64,000 nt of DNA from Stylophora pistillata (lineage: Eukaryota), in NCBI RefSeq assembly GCF_002571385.2, contig NW_019217991.1, forward strand, positions 6,896 through 70,895. The letters run 5' to 3'. Shown piece after piece: positions 39,871-52,800 of this stretch. Positions within the stretch are counted from its first letter, which is position 1. The number at the start of each line of letters is the position of its first letter. Made by a program: the position numbers and the translations under genes. The notes under the pieces are model-generated. The model was given only the letters and a program-made list of their open reading frames with translations, had not been told where the DNA came from and made no database searches.

Positions 39871-41437
39871 TAAAACTAATTACATGTTTATTTCATCTTT
39901 TAGATACCACCCCACAATAAATATTGAAAACATTGAATCAAAGAATTATATAAAATACCTGGGAGTCTATATCGATATGCACCTAAATTGGCAACCACAA
40001 ATACAACATATAAGCAATAAAATAGCAAAAAACATTGGAATTCTTACTATATTGAGACATTATGTCGAATTTAATATGTTAAAGCAATTATGCTATGCTT
40101 TGATATATCCCTATTTAAGCTATGGTACAACTACCTGGGGCTGTGCCACCAATACTAACTTACGTATGATGGACGATCCTCGCAGTAGATAGCGCTATTT
40201 GAGCAATAGCGAAATTCAGACCTGAAAAAAATCAGGCCTGTACGGGACTCGAACCACTGACCTCTGCGATACTAGTGCAGCGCTCTAACCAATTGAGCTA
40301 ACAAGCCAACTGAGAGCAGGCCGTTAAGTTGATTCGTAATGAACCCGTGAAAGTGATAAATGAGATAGAATAAATATATGAAAATCATATATTTTGAACT
40401 GCGGTATTTGATACGTATGATGGACGATCCTCGCAGTAGATAGCGCTATTTGAGCAATAGCGAAATTCAGACCTGAAAAAAATCAGGCCTGTACGGGACT
40501 CGAACCACTGACCTCTGCGATACTAGTGCAGCGCTCTAACCAATTGAGCTAACAAGCCAACTGAGAGCAGGCCGTTAAGTTGATTCGTAATGAACCCGTG
40601 AAAGTGATAAATGAGATAGAATAAATATATGAAAATCATATATTTTGAACTGCGGTATTTGATACGTATGATGGACGATCCTCGCAGTAGATAGCGCTAT
40701 TTGAGCAATAGCGAAATTCAGACCTGAAAAAAATCAGGCCTGTACGGGACTCGAACCACTGACCTCTGCGATACTAGTGCAGCGCTCTAACCAATTGAGC
40801 TAACAAGCCAACTGAGAGCAGGCCGTTAAGTTGANATAAATTCAGAATATGCTGTCTTACGTATAAGATTAATATTAAAAGTGATAGCATTCCAGATATC
40901 TTCCTTGATATCCTGACCCCAGCATCTGGAAAACATAATTATAATACAAGATTTGCCACTAATAATAACTTTTTTAGACCAAGAGTATCCACCAACATGG
41001 GAAAATCATCTTTAATATTCTCTGCTTCAAAGATATGGGAAACTGTACCCACTTATCTTAAATATATGCCTTACAATAATTTCAAGAGAATGGAAACATC
41101 AACTTTTACTCAACCAAACCTGATCATTTTACTTTGCTGCTGATCTACTCTCAAGGAAAGATGTAAACTTCAAAAAACTTCAACTTTTGTTGAACAAAAC
41201 CTAATCACTTTATTTACTTTACTGCTGATATACTTTTATTATAGGCTGCTATCTATGTATCTATTTATATGACCATTACAGTGTCCAACTAGAAAGCCTT
41301 TGCTACTTTGGACACCGTGCACCTCTCAAACTTATCTTTATAGCCAAATATTACTATTATTCTTCCCTCTTTCTCTTACTTTTCAATGTATATTAACTTC
41401 TATTAATAGTGTGAAATAAATAAAGTTCAAGTTCAAG
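39871..41437 (+). mobile_element. 5'-truncated CR1-type LINE with 6 bp TSD (TACCAC), interrupted by the tRNA-unit array and an N
   Basis: KTNYMFI..YIKYLGVYIDMHLNWQPQI..LIYPYLSYGTTTWG, later HNYNTRF..MGKSSLIFSASKIWETVP. Tail AATAAATAAA(GTTCAA)n; TACCAC at 39865-39870 and 41438-41443. Confidence 0.85.
40161..40834 (-). mobile_element. Tandem array (251 bp x ~2.7) of a tRNA-containing retroposon unit
   Basis: Units start at 40161, 40412 and 40663. The minus strand has tRNA-like GGCTTGTTAGCTCAATTGGTTAGAGCGCTGCACTAGTATCGCAGAGGTCAGTGGTTCGAGTCCCGTACAGGCC followed by a T-run. The array ends at N 40835. Confidence 0.85.
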
Positions 41438-42240
41438 TACCACAATGGTGGAAGACATTTGAGATGTAATATGTAGGTGTATGTGTAGGCAGCTATTAAG
41501 CTTGCAAAGCAGTCATCTTTGTTTCCTAACTGGCAAGTGCCAAATGAGAGAAGTGTATGGTGTGAGCAAGGCAAGAGTTTTGTATTGTAAAGGCACAGGG
41601 AGAAAGGTAGCAAATTCATTCAAATGAAGGAAAGGAAAGAAAATTCAGCTTGTTGGTGAGTGTAGATATTTTACCAAAAGCCCTAGAAAGTCTGATGACT
41701 CCATTAGGGCTACAAAGGTCATGAACTGTCAAGGAAGAACTAATCAAATTTCTTTTGGATAGTTTATGGAGTAGTCTGAATAATCCTACACTCTGATAAT
41801 GATGGCATTGGGGAAAAAAGTACATATCTTTGAAAAAAAGCTTTGGTCTTACTTGATCTGATCTCTGAATTAAGCTCTAACCAATCAGTTAACATTGTTA
41901 GCTTTTTAATAATGTTTGCAGAGTTAATGTAAACAGAGTTGCAGATGGACACTTATGTTTTGTAGTTAAATTCATCACCAACTTAACCAGCAACCTCTCA
42001 AATCTTACTTTTCAGTTTAAGTGAACAATATAAAATCAGAAATACAAGTTAAAAAAATTAATGTATTTATAACGAGGAAAAATGAATTAAAAAATCTCTC
42101 ACTGTTCACTCTTTAGAAGTTTTATGTAACAAAAGCCCTTATTTTTAATGGCCATGTCCTTTTTTATGAGTTGTCAGCTGAATACAGGTTACTGTCATGA
42201 CAAATATGGGCTTGAGGACCTAAGCTACTCTCCCCTTCAA

Positions 42241-42455
42241 CCCTGAACACCCCAACATTGGTATGACTGTATATTCTCTAAACTGTTCTGCATACATTTC
42301 CTGAGGTGCTGGCTAGGAGAATTTGTTTAACAATCATGACCTTTAGTTTGTGATCATCTTGTGACCTTTTAAAAAAAAAGATATTTGATTCCTGAAGGGA
42401 GGATACTGCAGGGAATGAAAAATTAGACACTAGTTACTCTTGGGGGTGTAAAGGG
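42241..42455. mobile_element. Degenerate piggyBac-type MITE (CCCT...AGGG termini)
   Basis: CCCTGAACACCCCAA / TTGGGGGTGTAAAGGG inverted ends; TTAA flanks are decayed. Confidence 0.55.
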
Positions 42456-43014
42456 TCACTGAAGGTAAGGTGAGATTAAAATAACTGCAACGGGAAAGAA
42501 ACTATTCTCCTGCACTAGTTGTGCTGTAAACAAAGCGCAAGTAGTTGTTGTACCAGATTTAAGTCTCATGACATCCACATGTGAGTTAGCCAAATTTGTC
42601 CAGAGAAACAGATTTTCCTTGTATCTCTGCTATTTAAAAAGTGAGGGAGGAGGGGGTGCTTGGTTCACACTATGGCCTATGGAGTGAGCACTAATTTTGG
42701 AGGCCTTCTGTGTGGTTTAAAAAAATCATTTATTCAAATTTTCTCATGTAACATATCAGACATTCTGTAAGTGTACAACTAAACAGCACAATAGTTTATC
42801 AACTGGAGAAATGGCAAGTATTTACAAGAGAGGTGCAGGGATTTTTGGTAATAGGTTTTAGATGTGGCTATAGATATCTGATTTGTTGAAACCGCAAACC
42901 TTCCAAAGCCATGAGAAGTTGAAACATACTTCTGAACAACTTTTATATGCTAAGTGCCTGGTACAAACCTACTCAGAGGTGAACAAAAATGTACGGTTAC
43001 AATCAAGGTATGAG

Positions 43015-43443
43015 CATAAGATCAGTGTGGAGGTCAGCAAGCTACAGCACAAAGATGAAGCTTAGAATCTATCAGAGCTGCATATTGTCAACTCCTTTAC
43101 AGCTTGGAATGCTGGCGAATGACAGAACAAGATCTCTCAAGACTAGCATCCTTCCACACAGCTAGCTAGATATTCATACACTTGTCACCAGGAGAAGATG
43201 GAGGTGGATTGGACATGTGATGCGGAAGCCCAGTAACAACATAGCCAGGATTGCAATGCACTGGACACCTGAAGGCAAACAAAGCAGAGGGCGACCGAAA
43301 ACAACTTGATGCAGGACTGTAGACTAAGGGAGCTCAATTACAGCTGGAGCACCATTGAAAAACTGGCTAAAGATAGGCAGGGCTGGAAGGATTTCGTTGC
43401 TGCCCTATGTGCCACACAAGCATGATGGGCAGAAAGTAAAGTA
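43015..43443 (+). mobile_element. RTE-clade LINE 3' fragment (internally deleted)
   Basis: [88 protein letters not shown]; short AAAGT-repeat tail. Confidence 0.85.
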
Positions 43444-43831
43444 CATATCAAGGGTGATTTATTGTTCCCCCAAGGCCAACTGTCCTCTCAGTAATTTACA
43501 TTTTCAAGAGATTTGACATATTTCATAAACTTACTCTAATTTCCTTTAGAATTTACTCAGCAATGATTTACCTGATCCTGGCAAATGTTTTTATTCTCAT
43601 TTTCATCTTGCAACCTATGAGAGCTCTTTGATTTTATTCAAAATTTTCAATTTTATTTACAGACAACAGTAATTGTCCTAAGCTACAGAGTAGTATCAGC
43701 ATTGCACAAAGCAATATTTTAACTGACAAATTCTCACATTAATCCTAATTTAAGCTTTCTTTGCATCCTAATATTTTGCAATTGCCATCTTTGCTTGTTG
43801 AAAGCTAATAAGTCAATAATGAACACAACTA

Positions 43832-46800
43832 TTAGAAATGGAATCCACCCATTGGTAAGGGCTGCGGAGTTCCAAACTTGTATCCTTCATTTGTAGCTTC
43901 TGGAGCAATATGCTCTGTTTCCTCAGCACTCTGAAAAACGTAAAGCAACACAAAGTCTCTTATAAAGAACTATTTGAAAATTTTCTTTTTATTTTTAGTA
44001 TTGGGGTGACAGTTTTCTTTAGCAAGTGCCAAAGGTCAAAGCCTTATTAATTTAGTCAAAACAAAATTTTAGTTCACTGTAGCAACTTATTTACTACTGA
44101 AAGAGTTCTAAAATCTGTTGGGTTATCAATAAATTAGATATCATGATAAAGAGGTTTGGCACAGAGCTTCTCTTTGTGTGCACATAAATAAGCATTCCTG
44201 GGGTTGTCACATAATAGTACAGTGTAGTTTCTTAATCTAAAACAAAGGAAACAGGACTCGCACTTTTATGTAGGTAAAAGGATAACAAAATAGGCCCACA
44301 ATTCATGAAAGAGGTCATTGCCACACTAAATCTAATGGTTTTAGGCTAAGCTGAGAAACGACGTAACATTTTTTAGAAGAAATGAAACTTCAAAGTTTTC
44401 AAGGAACTGGAGTAATGAAACAGTTTTATGTTACCTCATCTGAGAAAAATTTGTCAATTATTGCCAGAGCAGCTTTGTACACCTCAAAGTTTTGATGTGT
44501 CTGTAAACCCTCAATTCTTTGGACACCTGAGCACGGTAAATAAAAACAACATCAGTTAGTTCGAGAATATCAGTTAGTTTGAGAAAAATGCTAACATTAA
44601 CAGGTAAGTATGATGCACGATCCTCGCAGTAGATAAATAGCGCTATTTACGCAATAGCGAAAATCAGACCTGAAAAAAATCAGGCCTGTACGGGACTCGA
44701 ACCACTGACCTCTGCGATACTAGTGCAGCGCTCTACCAATTGAGCTAACAAGCCAACTGGGAGCAGGCCGTTAAGTTGATTCGTAATAAACCCGTGAAAG
44801 TGATAAATGAGATACAATGAATATATGAAGTTCATATATTTTGAACTGCGGTATTAGATACGTATGATGCACGATCCTCGCAGTAGATAAATAGCACTAA
44901 CGAGCCAACTGGGAGCAGGCCGTTAAGTTGATTCGCAATAAACCCGTGAAAGTGATAAATGAGATACAATGAATATATGAAGTTCATATATTTTGAACTG
45001 CGGTATTAGATACGTATGATGCACGATCCTCGCAGTAGATAAATAGCACTAACGAGCCAACTGGGAGCAGGCCGTTAAGTTGATTCGCAATAAACCCGTG
45101 AAATTGGTCAATTGGTAGAGCGCTGCACTAGTATCGCAGAGGTCAGTGGTTCGAGTCCCGTACAGGCCTGATTTTTTTCAGGTCTGATTTTCGCTATTGC
45201 ATAAATAGCGCTATTTATCTACTGCGAGGATCGTGCATCATACGTATCTAATACCGCAGTTCAAAATATATGAACTTCATATATTCACTGTATCTCATTA
45301 ACAGGTAAATTAGCTCAATTTCATGTTTTTGAAGAGAAATTGAAAACTTGTACTTATAAACTAACTGTGACTTTGGCTCCATACTTTAACCTGTACAAGC
45401 AATCATATTGTTATGCATACCATCATGCTCTTCCATTTGGGTGCATATCAGCTCAAGGATGGGAGCATTTTGACTAGCAGTCTGCAGAAAGAACATTTCA
45501 TGCAATTTTAATGATGAAATAACAAAAATGTATCTACCTTACATCTACAACATGCTATGCCCATCTTTTTCAAGTTCAAACCAGTGGGTAGCAAGAAATA
45601 ATTTGTTCTATAAATTATTGTATACTTTTGTGGTTTGGCAATAATTATCTAAAAAATATCACATTACTGATGGCAAAAAGTAACTCCATAGCATTTTACA
45701 CAAAACAGCCCTTTACAGCACCTTTTGGTATTGTATGTACTCTAAGGTAGATACTCACAGAGAGGATGTTTCTGAATCCATCCAAAAGAACAAGAATTAC
45801 CTACAATGCAAAGCCACAGAGTCAGTCCACCTGACGCAAAAAATTCATAGAACAGAGCTCTCTGCTGGAGCTGGCTGAGCTTTTAATCATCACAAATTAA
45901 TCAGTGGCTCTTCCAACTGCCAGAAGGCAAGTCAATTGGTTATTTACACAGGGCAGCCAGGAGTTGACCTCAGGGTAACCAAAAAATTATATACCACAAG
46001 TGGTAGGGTGCAGGACAACCTGGTTTATTGTTCAATAGTCCTCAATCTTTCTGCCATACTACCTCCTACCCAGTATATATGATGGCAAAATCAACTACAA
46101 TGAAATAAAACCCACACCATTACCTTGGCATCCAAAACATTCAAGAGACTACACATTGGCTCAATGACCCCATTTTCAACAAGGAAGGTTATCTATAAAA
46201 ATATCCAAACAATAATGGCATATGTCAGGGTGACATGAGATGTTTGGGTACCATAGCATGAGCAGAATTATTTACCTTGACTGAGATAAAAAATGCTTAC
46301 AATGGAAATAAAAACCACTGATCTTAAAAAGTTTCAACAAGGGAAACAAAACATGGGTAAGAAAACAAGAAAAATACACTGTCACAGCAAAATGGTCAGG
46401 TGGTTGTCAGAGTGTTTGCCTAAATCTTGATGAGCAAATCTGTTAAATGTAATTAATGTACATGAGGGTCTGGTACTTTGGATCAGGGAATTTCTTGATA
46501 GTTCTGACTTCATTCCTGTGTAATTATTTATTATAGCAGGTAAATATTATCACAATTTTGATGTTTGCTACTTCTGTGAGATGTTAGGGGAATCCTGTTC
46601 CACATTTTCATCAGATAGATGTGCAGTGTGTGCTAAGGGCAAACCTCACAGTACCTGGTCTATTGTGCTGGCTGATGTAAAGTTGGTGATGGCCCACACA
46701 GCCTCTTTCTGGCTCTTCAAGTCCTTTCCCTAGGATTGGTATTAAGTCAAGTCTTATGATAAGTCAGGTAATTCAACCTGCCACAGCACAATATACCTTC

Positions 46801-49800
46801 TATGGCAATGGATAACTAAGAAAATCGCAATGTTCAGAGCTGTTTTCCACAAACCTTTAGAACATCTACAATGGAAGGTACCAAGCCTGCATTAATTACA
46901 GCCTGAAAAAATTGATAATAGAAGAGATTAGTTATTATAAGTTGTCTGTTTACACTCACATGTAAATACTCATTATCATATTTCTTAAGGATCCTTTCAA
47001 TGAAGGGAGGGTTGAAGCTGAAGGAAGAGCATAACGGAAATGACTATCATGATGGTAAAAATCAGACCTCTCTATTCTGTGCTGGTTTCATGAACTTCTA
47101 GATATTCTAATGTTTCATACACTGTAAGTAAACAGTAAGTTAACCCTTGACTGTTGTTGGGTTGAGGGGGGGTGCCCAGTTGCACAGATACTTACAGAGA
47201 TCCAAAAAGTGTGAACAACCACAGTTAAAAGTCCAATATACCATGCTGCAGTTAAAAGCTAACAATCAATTCATTTTTTGATTCCACAAGATCAGCAAAT
47301 ACCTGTATATCCTTACCTGAATTTGTTCTTTTGGCCCAGCTGTAATATTTGATATTGCCCAGGTTGCCTCCTGTTGGAATTTAAATTGTTTTTCAGATAA
47401 AAGCCTTTTCACATTTTTGCTCATGGATACTAACCATGGAAACCTTTTATCAACTGTGCAATGAAGAGAAAGGAATGAGAAGCAGTGAAGAGAACTTTTC
47501 TGGAATATATATTACAAACTGAGCCAATTTGAAGAATTCTTTCACCTGTCATGCTTAAAATAAGGGAGGACACTGCTGGAACATGTAAACAGTTAAAATG
47601 ATCATAGTTAACTACTACAATCACTCATTAATTTTGGTTTTATCAAGTGAGTGGATAATGCACGAGTTTTAAAGCTGCTGTTTCAAGCATAAGCCCTTCA
47701 TCAGTGAGCGTATTACAGTAGCCAATTTACATTACCAACTTGTTTTATCAAACCAAAATTACCTTGTTAAAATCCCCCACTCGTGCAGCACAGAAGTTTC
47801 TTGAGAAACTTACCCCCTTTATAGTTACAACTTTAACATCACCAGGTTTACACTGACCTTAACAATGCTGGCTTTAGGGTGTGACAAAAGCTTTTTAAAG
47901 AAGAACAAGGCATTTTTCTCTATCACCAACTGAAATAAATTGATATAGGAAGATTGTTAACAAGTGCATATTTCACTGAAATGTAATTTGCACACATCAA
48001 CTTTTGAATGGGTCTGCTTCAATCTGCATACTATTCAACACCAACAAGTGCCAGTGGCACTGGAGCCAGATCAACTGAGACACTGGTGCTGCACTACATT
48101 TCCTCAAAGACAGTAGACATTGTCAGGTAGATTACACTCAACACCAAATTGAAACTAGCTGCTTGAAGCTGTAGATATCATGGTTCATCTCTTTCTTTAG
48201 TTTCATGGCCGAGTATTGACCAATTACCTTTGGTCAACATTTTGATTGATTTTTAATTGATATATCAGCCCATACTCTGTCACCTTGTCATTCAAGTTGG
48301 TTGCTGTGTCAGTCGATAACTGGTGCATATACCGATGGACATTCTGCCAACACCTCTGTTATGTTGCTTTGCATCAAATTGATAGAGTGTTGGTGGTATA
48401 TTATTGTCAACTGTTGTTTTGCTGGAATGGTAGCTGTCTCTTAGCTCCTTCCACTTACTGTAATTTCTGGCCAATTATTGCATGCAGCAAAAAAAAAAGA
48501 GTCAACAGATTACCTACACTGGTGGATAACCCACACCTTAAAAGCAAAGGAAATTTGTAAAAAAATTCTCTAGAATTCACAATGTTTCATACTTGACAGA
48601 ATACGAATTCGTGGCCACAGTTTGTGTGAGCGATCATGCTCATGTTCAGCACCATGTTGATTTGTTGATTTCTCAAAAGAGAAAGTTGATTTCTCGATGT
48701 TGGTCAACATGTTGGCTGATAGTTGCTTGACATGTCATCCAAGTATAAGCCGACATATTGATTGTCATGTTGACTGATAGTATTGTTAGATGCCTATTAA
48801 GTAAACATGACCCTATTTGATTTTTCACACCAGTTTTTCTTCATCTACCTCTCCCCTTACGGAGATTGTTCTGAGTCAGAAGGAAACCAACCTTGAACTG
48901 GATTTCACATGGAAAAATGGAAAAATGTGAACCACATAATATTGGTGGACAATTACTTACTTGTGTCTGAAGATCAGATCCTGTCACTATATTACCAACA
49001 GCTCTCAGGGCTGGTGTCTAGAAAAAAGAACAGGTTGCAACATGAACATTTATATCAATGGTGATAAGTAATAACATCACCATGGTTATTCTCCCTGGAA
49101 AGGTTTAGCAGGAGAACCATTAGAGACTACATGTATAAGCACAGGCTCCTTGATCACACACGGACACAAAAAAACTAATTGCTACAGTATAATTTTTGTT
49201 TATAAGCTTACCACAACAGTCACTTCAGTGTGGCCCAATAAATTGATCAATGATGGAAGAATTCCGGAATCAATTACAAGCTGATGCACAAGAAGAAACA
49301 ATGACTCAATCAATGGTTAAAATGTACAGGACTAAAGTTACAGTTTACAATTCTTTTTTTCAAAAGTGCACCACACAAAAGTAAGGAAGCTGTGCTCAAA
49401 AACAGAAGGCACTAGGATTGGTTGTAACTGACTTTTATTGAAACCACCTGTGAGTGACTTACGAAGTTCACTGCATGTACTGGTTACCAGACTCTTCAGG
49501 ATCAAAGATTGTTCTTTTTCCTGAGTTTAAAGGTAGGTTTTGGGGAACAACTCCTAACTTAATCAAGGGGACACATGTCCATGTTCCTCAGCAAGTTTTC
49601 AAAAGCTCATTGCTCCTTAAAATGGCAAACACCACAGCGTACACTATTGAGTTATGGATGCACACGGGAGGTTGCTAAGCACGAAAGAAGCGTAAGAGTC
49701 GCTCAAGGCGATAGCCAAGAGCGACTCTGACTAGCTTCTTGAGTGCAGCCATAACTCAATAGTGTACACTGTGGTGTTTACCATTTGTTTTATAACGTAA

Positions 49801-52800
49801 CATTGACACATTGTAGTGAGAGTTTCCTTTTATTTAACAAATATTACGTGACCAGAAAAAACAAACGCGTGTGGAAAACTAGTCTTTGCATTTGCTCACG
49901 TCAGCAGCGTACACCCATGGGCAAATGGGGGATGCTGAATTGACCAATCAGGGCGTGCACTTTACTTTGGTTATGTTATAATTATTTTTCTGGTCACTTT
50001 CTTCATTTAACGCACTGAAGATGGGGGGATTTCACACCTAAGTTTATTAAACTACATTTAAGAAGTATAGGGACATGCAAGCTTGTTATATTTCTAGTGC
50101 AGTCTTTAATCATCATGAAAAGGAGGAGGAAGGGAGAAGCGTTATACACTTATTTTCAAAACAAGGGCTGGCAACCAAGCTTAAAATACTTACTTGAATT
50201 CTATCATTTGTTCCATCAGTCAAATATGACAAACCCCAACAAGTGTCAGAGAGAATCTGAAAAAAATTAAATAAAAATACAACAAAACATGAGAATGTAT
50301 CTAGTGTATAGTAAACAACAATACACTGAAAAAGTACCATCAGTGATAGTTTTTAATCCACATTAAACATGTTCTAAAAATAATGGTGTATTTCAATGAT
50401 AGACCTTCAGGCTACTCTGGGGTTAACTGTTTACCTCTTTGTCTGTATGATTGATCAACAGTACCAAAGCTGGAAGGATCTGAAATAAAAAAGTCAATGG
50501 TGAACTGATAAATCATTTGATTTCAAACATGTCAGATAACTCTAAACAGCTTTAAAGAGTATTTTCCTCAAGGTTTGGGCTGGTAAATAAAAATACCGAA
50601 AAATAACCAAAAGGGCAATTTTTTTAGTAAAATTCTAAAACATTCACAACACAATGAAATTAAAACAAAACTTTTGATTCATGCTTACATATAATGCAGC
50701 CATTGAAATTTAGCCAAAGAAATTCATTGTCAGTAGTGACTAAAGAATTCTCCAATTTGGAATGAACTGAAGCCTCCAAATATTCTTGGTCTGAATATCC
50801 AATCAGGAAAAAATAGCAGTAAATATTATTTTAAAAAACCTTTGCTGATTTATTAAGGAGTCTCATGCCTCAATCATATTTATTTCTATGAGTATCTGTT
50901 CTGAATCAGCTTTCCTCACCTCAATAACTGCTGCTATCTCTGGAGGTGGGTTCTTGTTTCGGCACAGATTTGACAGTGTCCATGTTACATTGCGAAGAAA
51001 TGGGAGCTGTCAAACACATAGATTAGTAAAAATTAAAAATTGTCAAAATAATCAAGCTTGCACTCAAATGCTTAAAGTTTTGGCTCCACACTGTTATAGT
51101 CTTCACTGTCTAAACAAATGGCACAATTTAAGGAAATCAAACTCGGGTTAAAGAAACTACATTTAAGGTAAATGTTAAAGTCAAAAGCATTGCCTTACAT
51201 TTTGGTTTGGTTTGATCAATTCCAGTAAAGGTCTCAAAGCACCATGGCCCAAGACAAAATTTCTAAGATTTGGACCATCACCTGAAACATAAAAATATCC
51301 ATTTTTCAGCAGGCTGACATGCAACTGCAATATGTTGAATGATGCTTCATCATCAGTATACCCTGTAGAAATGATTGCAGGTCAAAGTAATGTTCACAGC
51401 TAGAGGGACTGATTGACTGACAGCCTGACTGCAACCTAAATACTGCTAATACATAATAGACACACTGACTGATAAACTGACTCAGACACTGACTGACTTT
51501 CTTAGTACACTGCTTTCATCTTCAATTTAAGGGGAGAATTTACTTCCTTACTTTGTTTACCTTTTATCTGGATCAAGGTCAAACTAAAGTTTAAAATAAT
51601 TGTTTTATGGAATGAGAAGAACCAGAGACATTGGAGAAATAGACTTAGAGCAAGGGCCAGTAATAACCACAAACTCCAAACCCACGTTTAATGCCACGTA
51701 TTGGAGTCACACCTGGGTTAAACTGGTCACTCAAGCTTGTTTCTCTAAACATTATGCTGCAATTATTCCTTATATTTTTCCAATACACTAACGATGAGTA
51801 ACTACATGTTAACTCATATTCATGTGTTATAGAAAGCCAGGAGGTATATTAAGCTGCACTCTGAGAGTTGATTGACAATACCTGCTATATTTCCCAGAGC
51901 CCACACAGCCTGTTCCTGAACTTGAGACTCGGGTGATGAAAGCAGGCTGACAAATCTGGGCACAGCACCTTTACATAAGGAAAAAATAGGGTAATAATGA
52001 ACTCAAAAGTTCAGAGCATTTCAGCAATTAAAGTTTAACAGTTTACAGGTTGAATATATCAAGTAAGTGCAGCAACAAATCATGCATTATAAATCATGCA
52101 AATTAAGTTACAGTGACTGCTTGTGTCCAACTAAAATTGCCAATTTAATCAATAATTGTAGTTCAGGTGTTAAAGGGACCCCTACTCTTTAACTGGACAA
52201 GTTTTTCCTTTATATAACCACCCTCTACAATGATTAACACCACAGCACACTCTAACATTTGAACTTCAATAATTATCAAATGCAATCCATTGAAAGGAAA
52301 CCAGTTTGACTGTCACTGTTATTATTACTTGCTATCATCACCATCATTATAATTATTGCTATAATTTTATTTATGATTAAGATTCTAACTGAAGACCATT
52401 ACTCTCTTCTCTCCCAGTGATCAATGTTTGTCTTGCAATCCCTTCTATTTCATCTCAGGGATTACAAAAGACATTTACCCAGCATTTTGCAAATGACAGC
52501 AGTTAGTAAAATGTTGAAACAGAAAAAGGTGACCAACCTGATTCTACTACAACTTTTGTCTCATCAGAGGAGCCTGATGCAATGTTTGTTAGCACCCAGG
52601 CAGCCTCAAATTGAATGGAAGGACTGTAGAGAAGCACAAAAAACATAAATAAAATCCTCATGCAATTTCCTCCCCAAATCATTACTCAGTGATTCACAGC
52701 ATCTCAAATAAACATGGGTAATTTCTAACTACTGTGGGAACATTCATTGAAAAAAAAAAAAAGAAAAGATAACACAAAAAACAAACACACACAAGAAAAA

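Noticed and set aside
40225-40310. Genuine tRNA-Thr(AGT) genes in the 251 bp units
   Set aside because: Mismatches in the anticodon and T stems, embedded in a repeated unit with a TSD and deletions; treated as retroposon-borne tRNA-like modules.
38841-41437. KHK-LINE chimeric retrocopy
   Set aside because: A TACCAC duplication flanks the LINE alone (39865-39870, 41438-41443), indicating an independent insertion.
45170-45295. Canonical hammerhead, twister or HDV ribozyme in the tRNA-containing unit
   Set aside because: Stem-loops are present, but I could not find a CUGANGA/GAAA or other known catalytic core on either strand.
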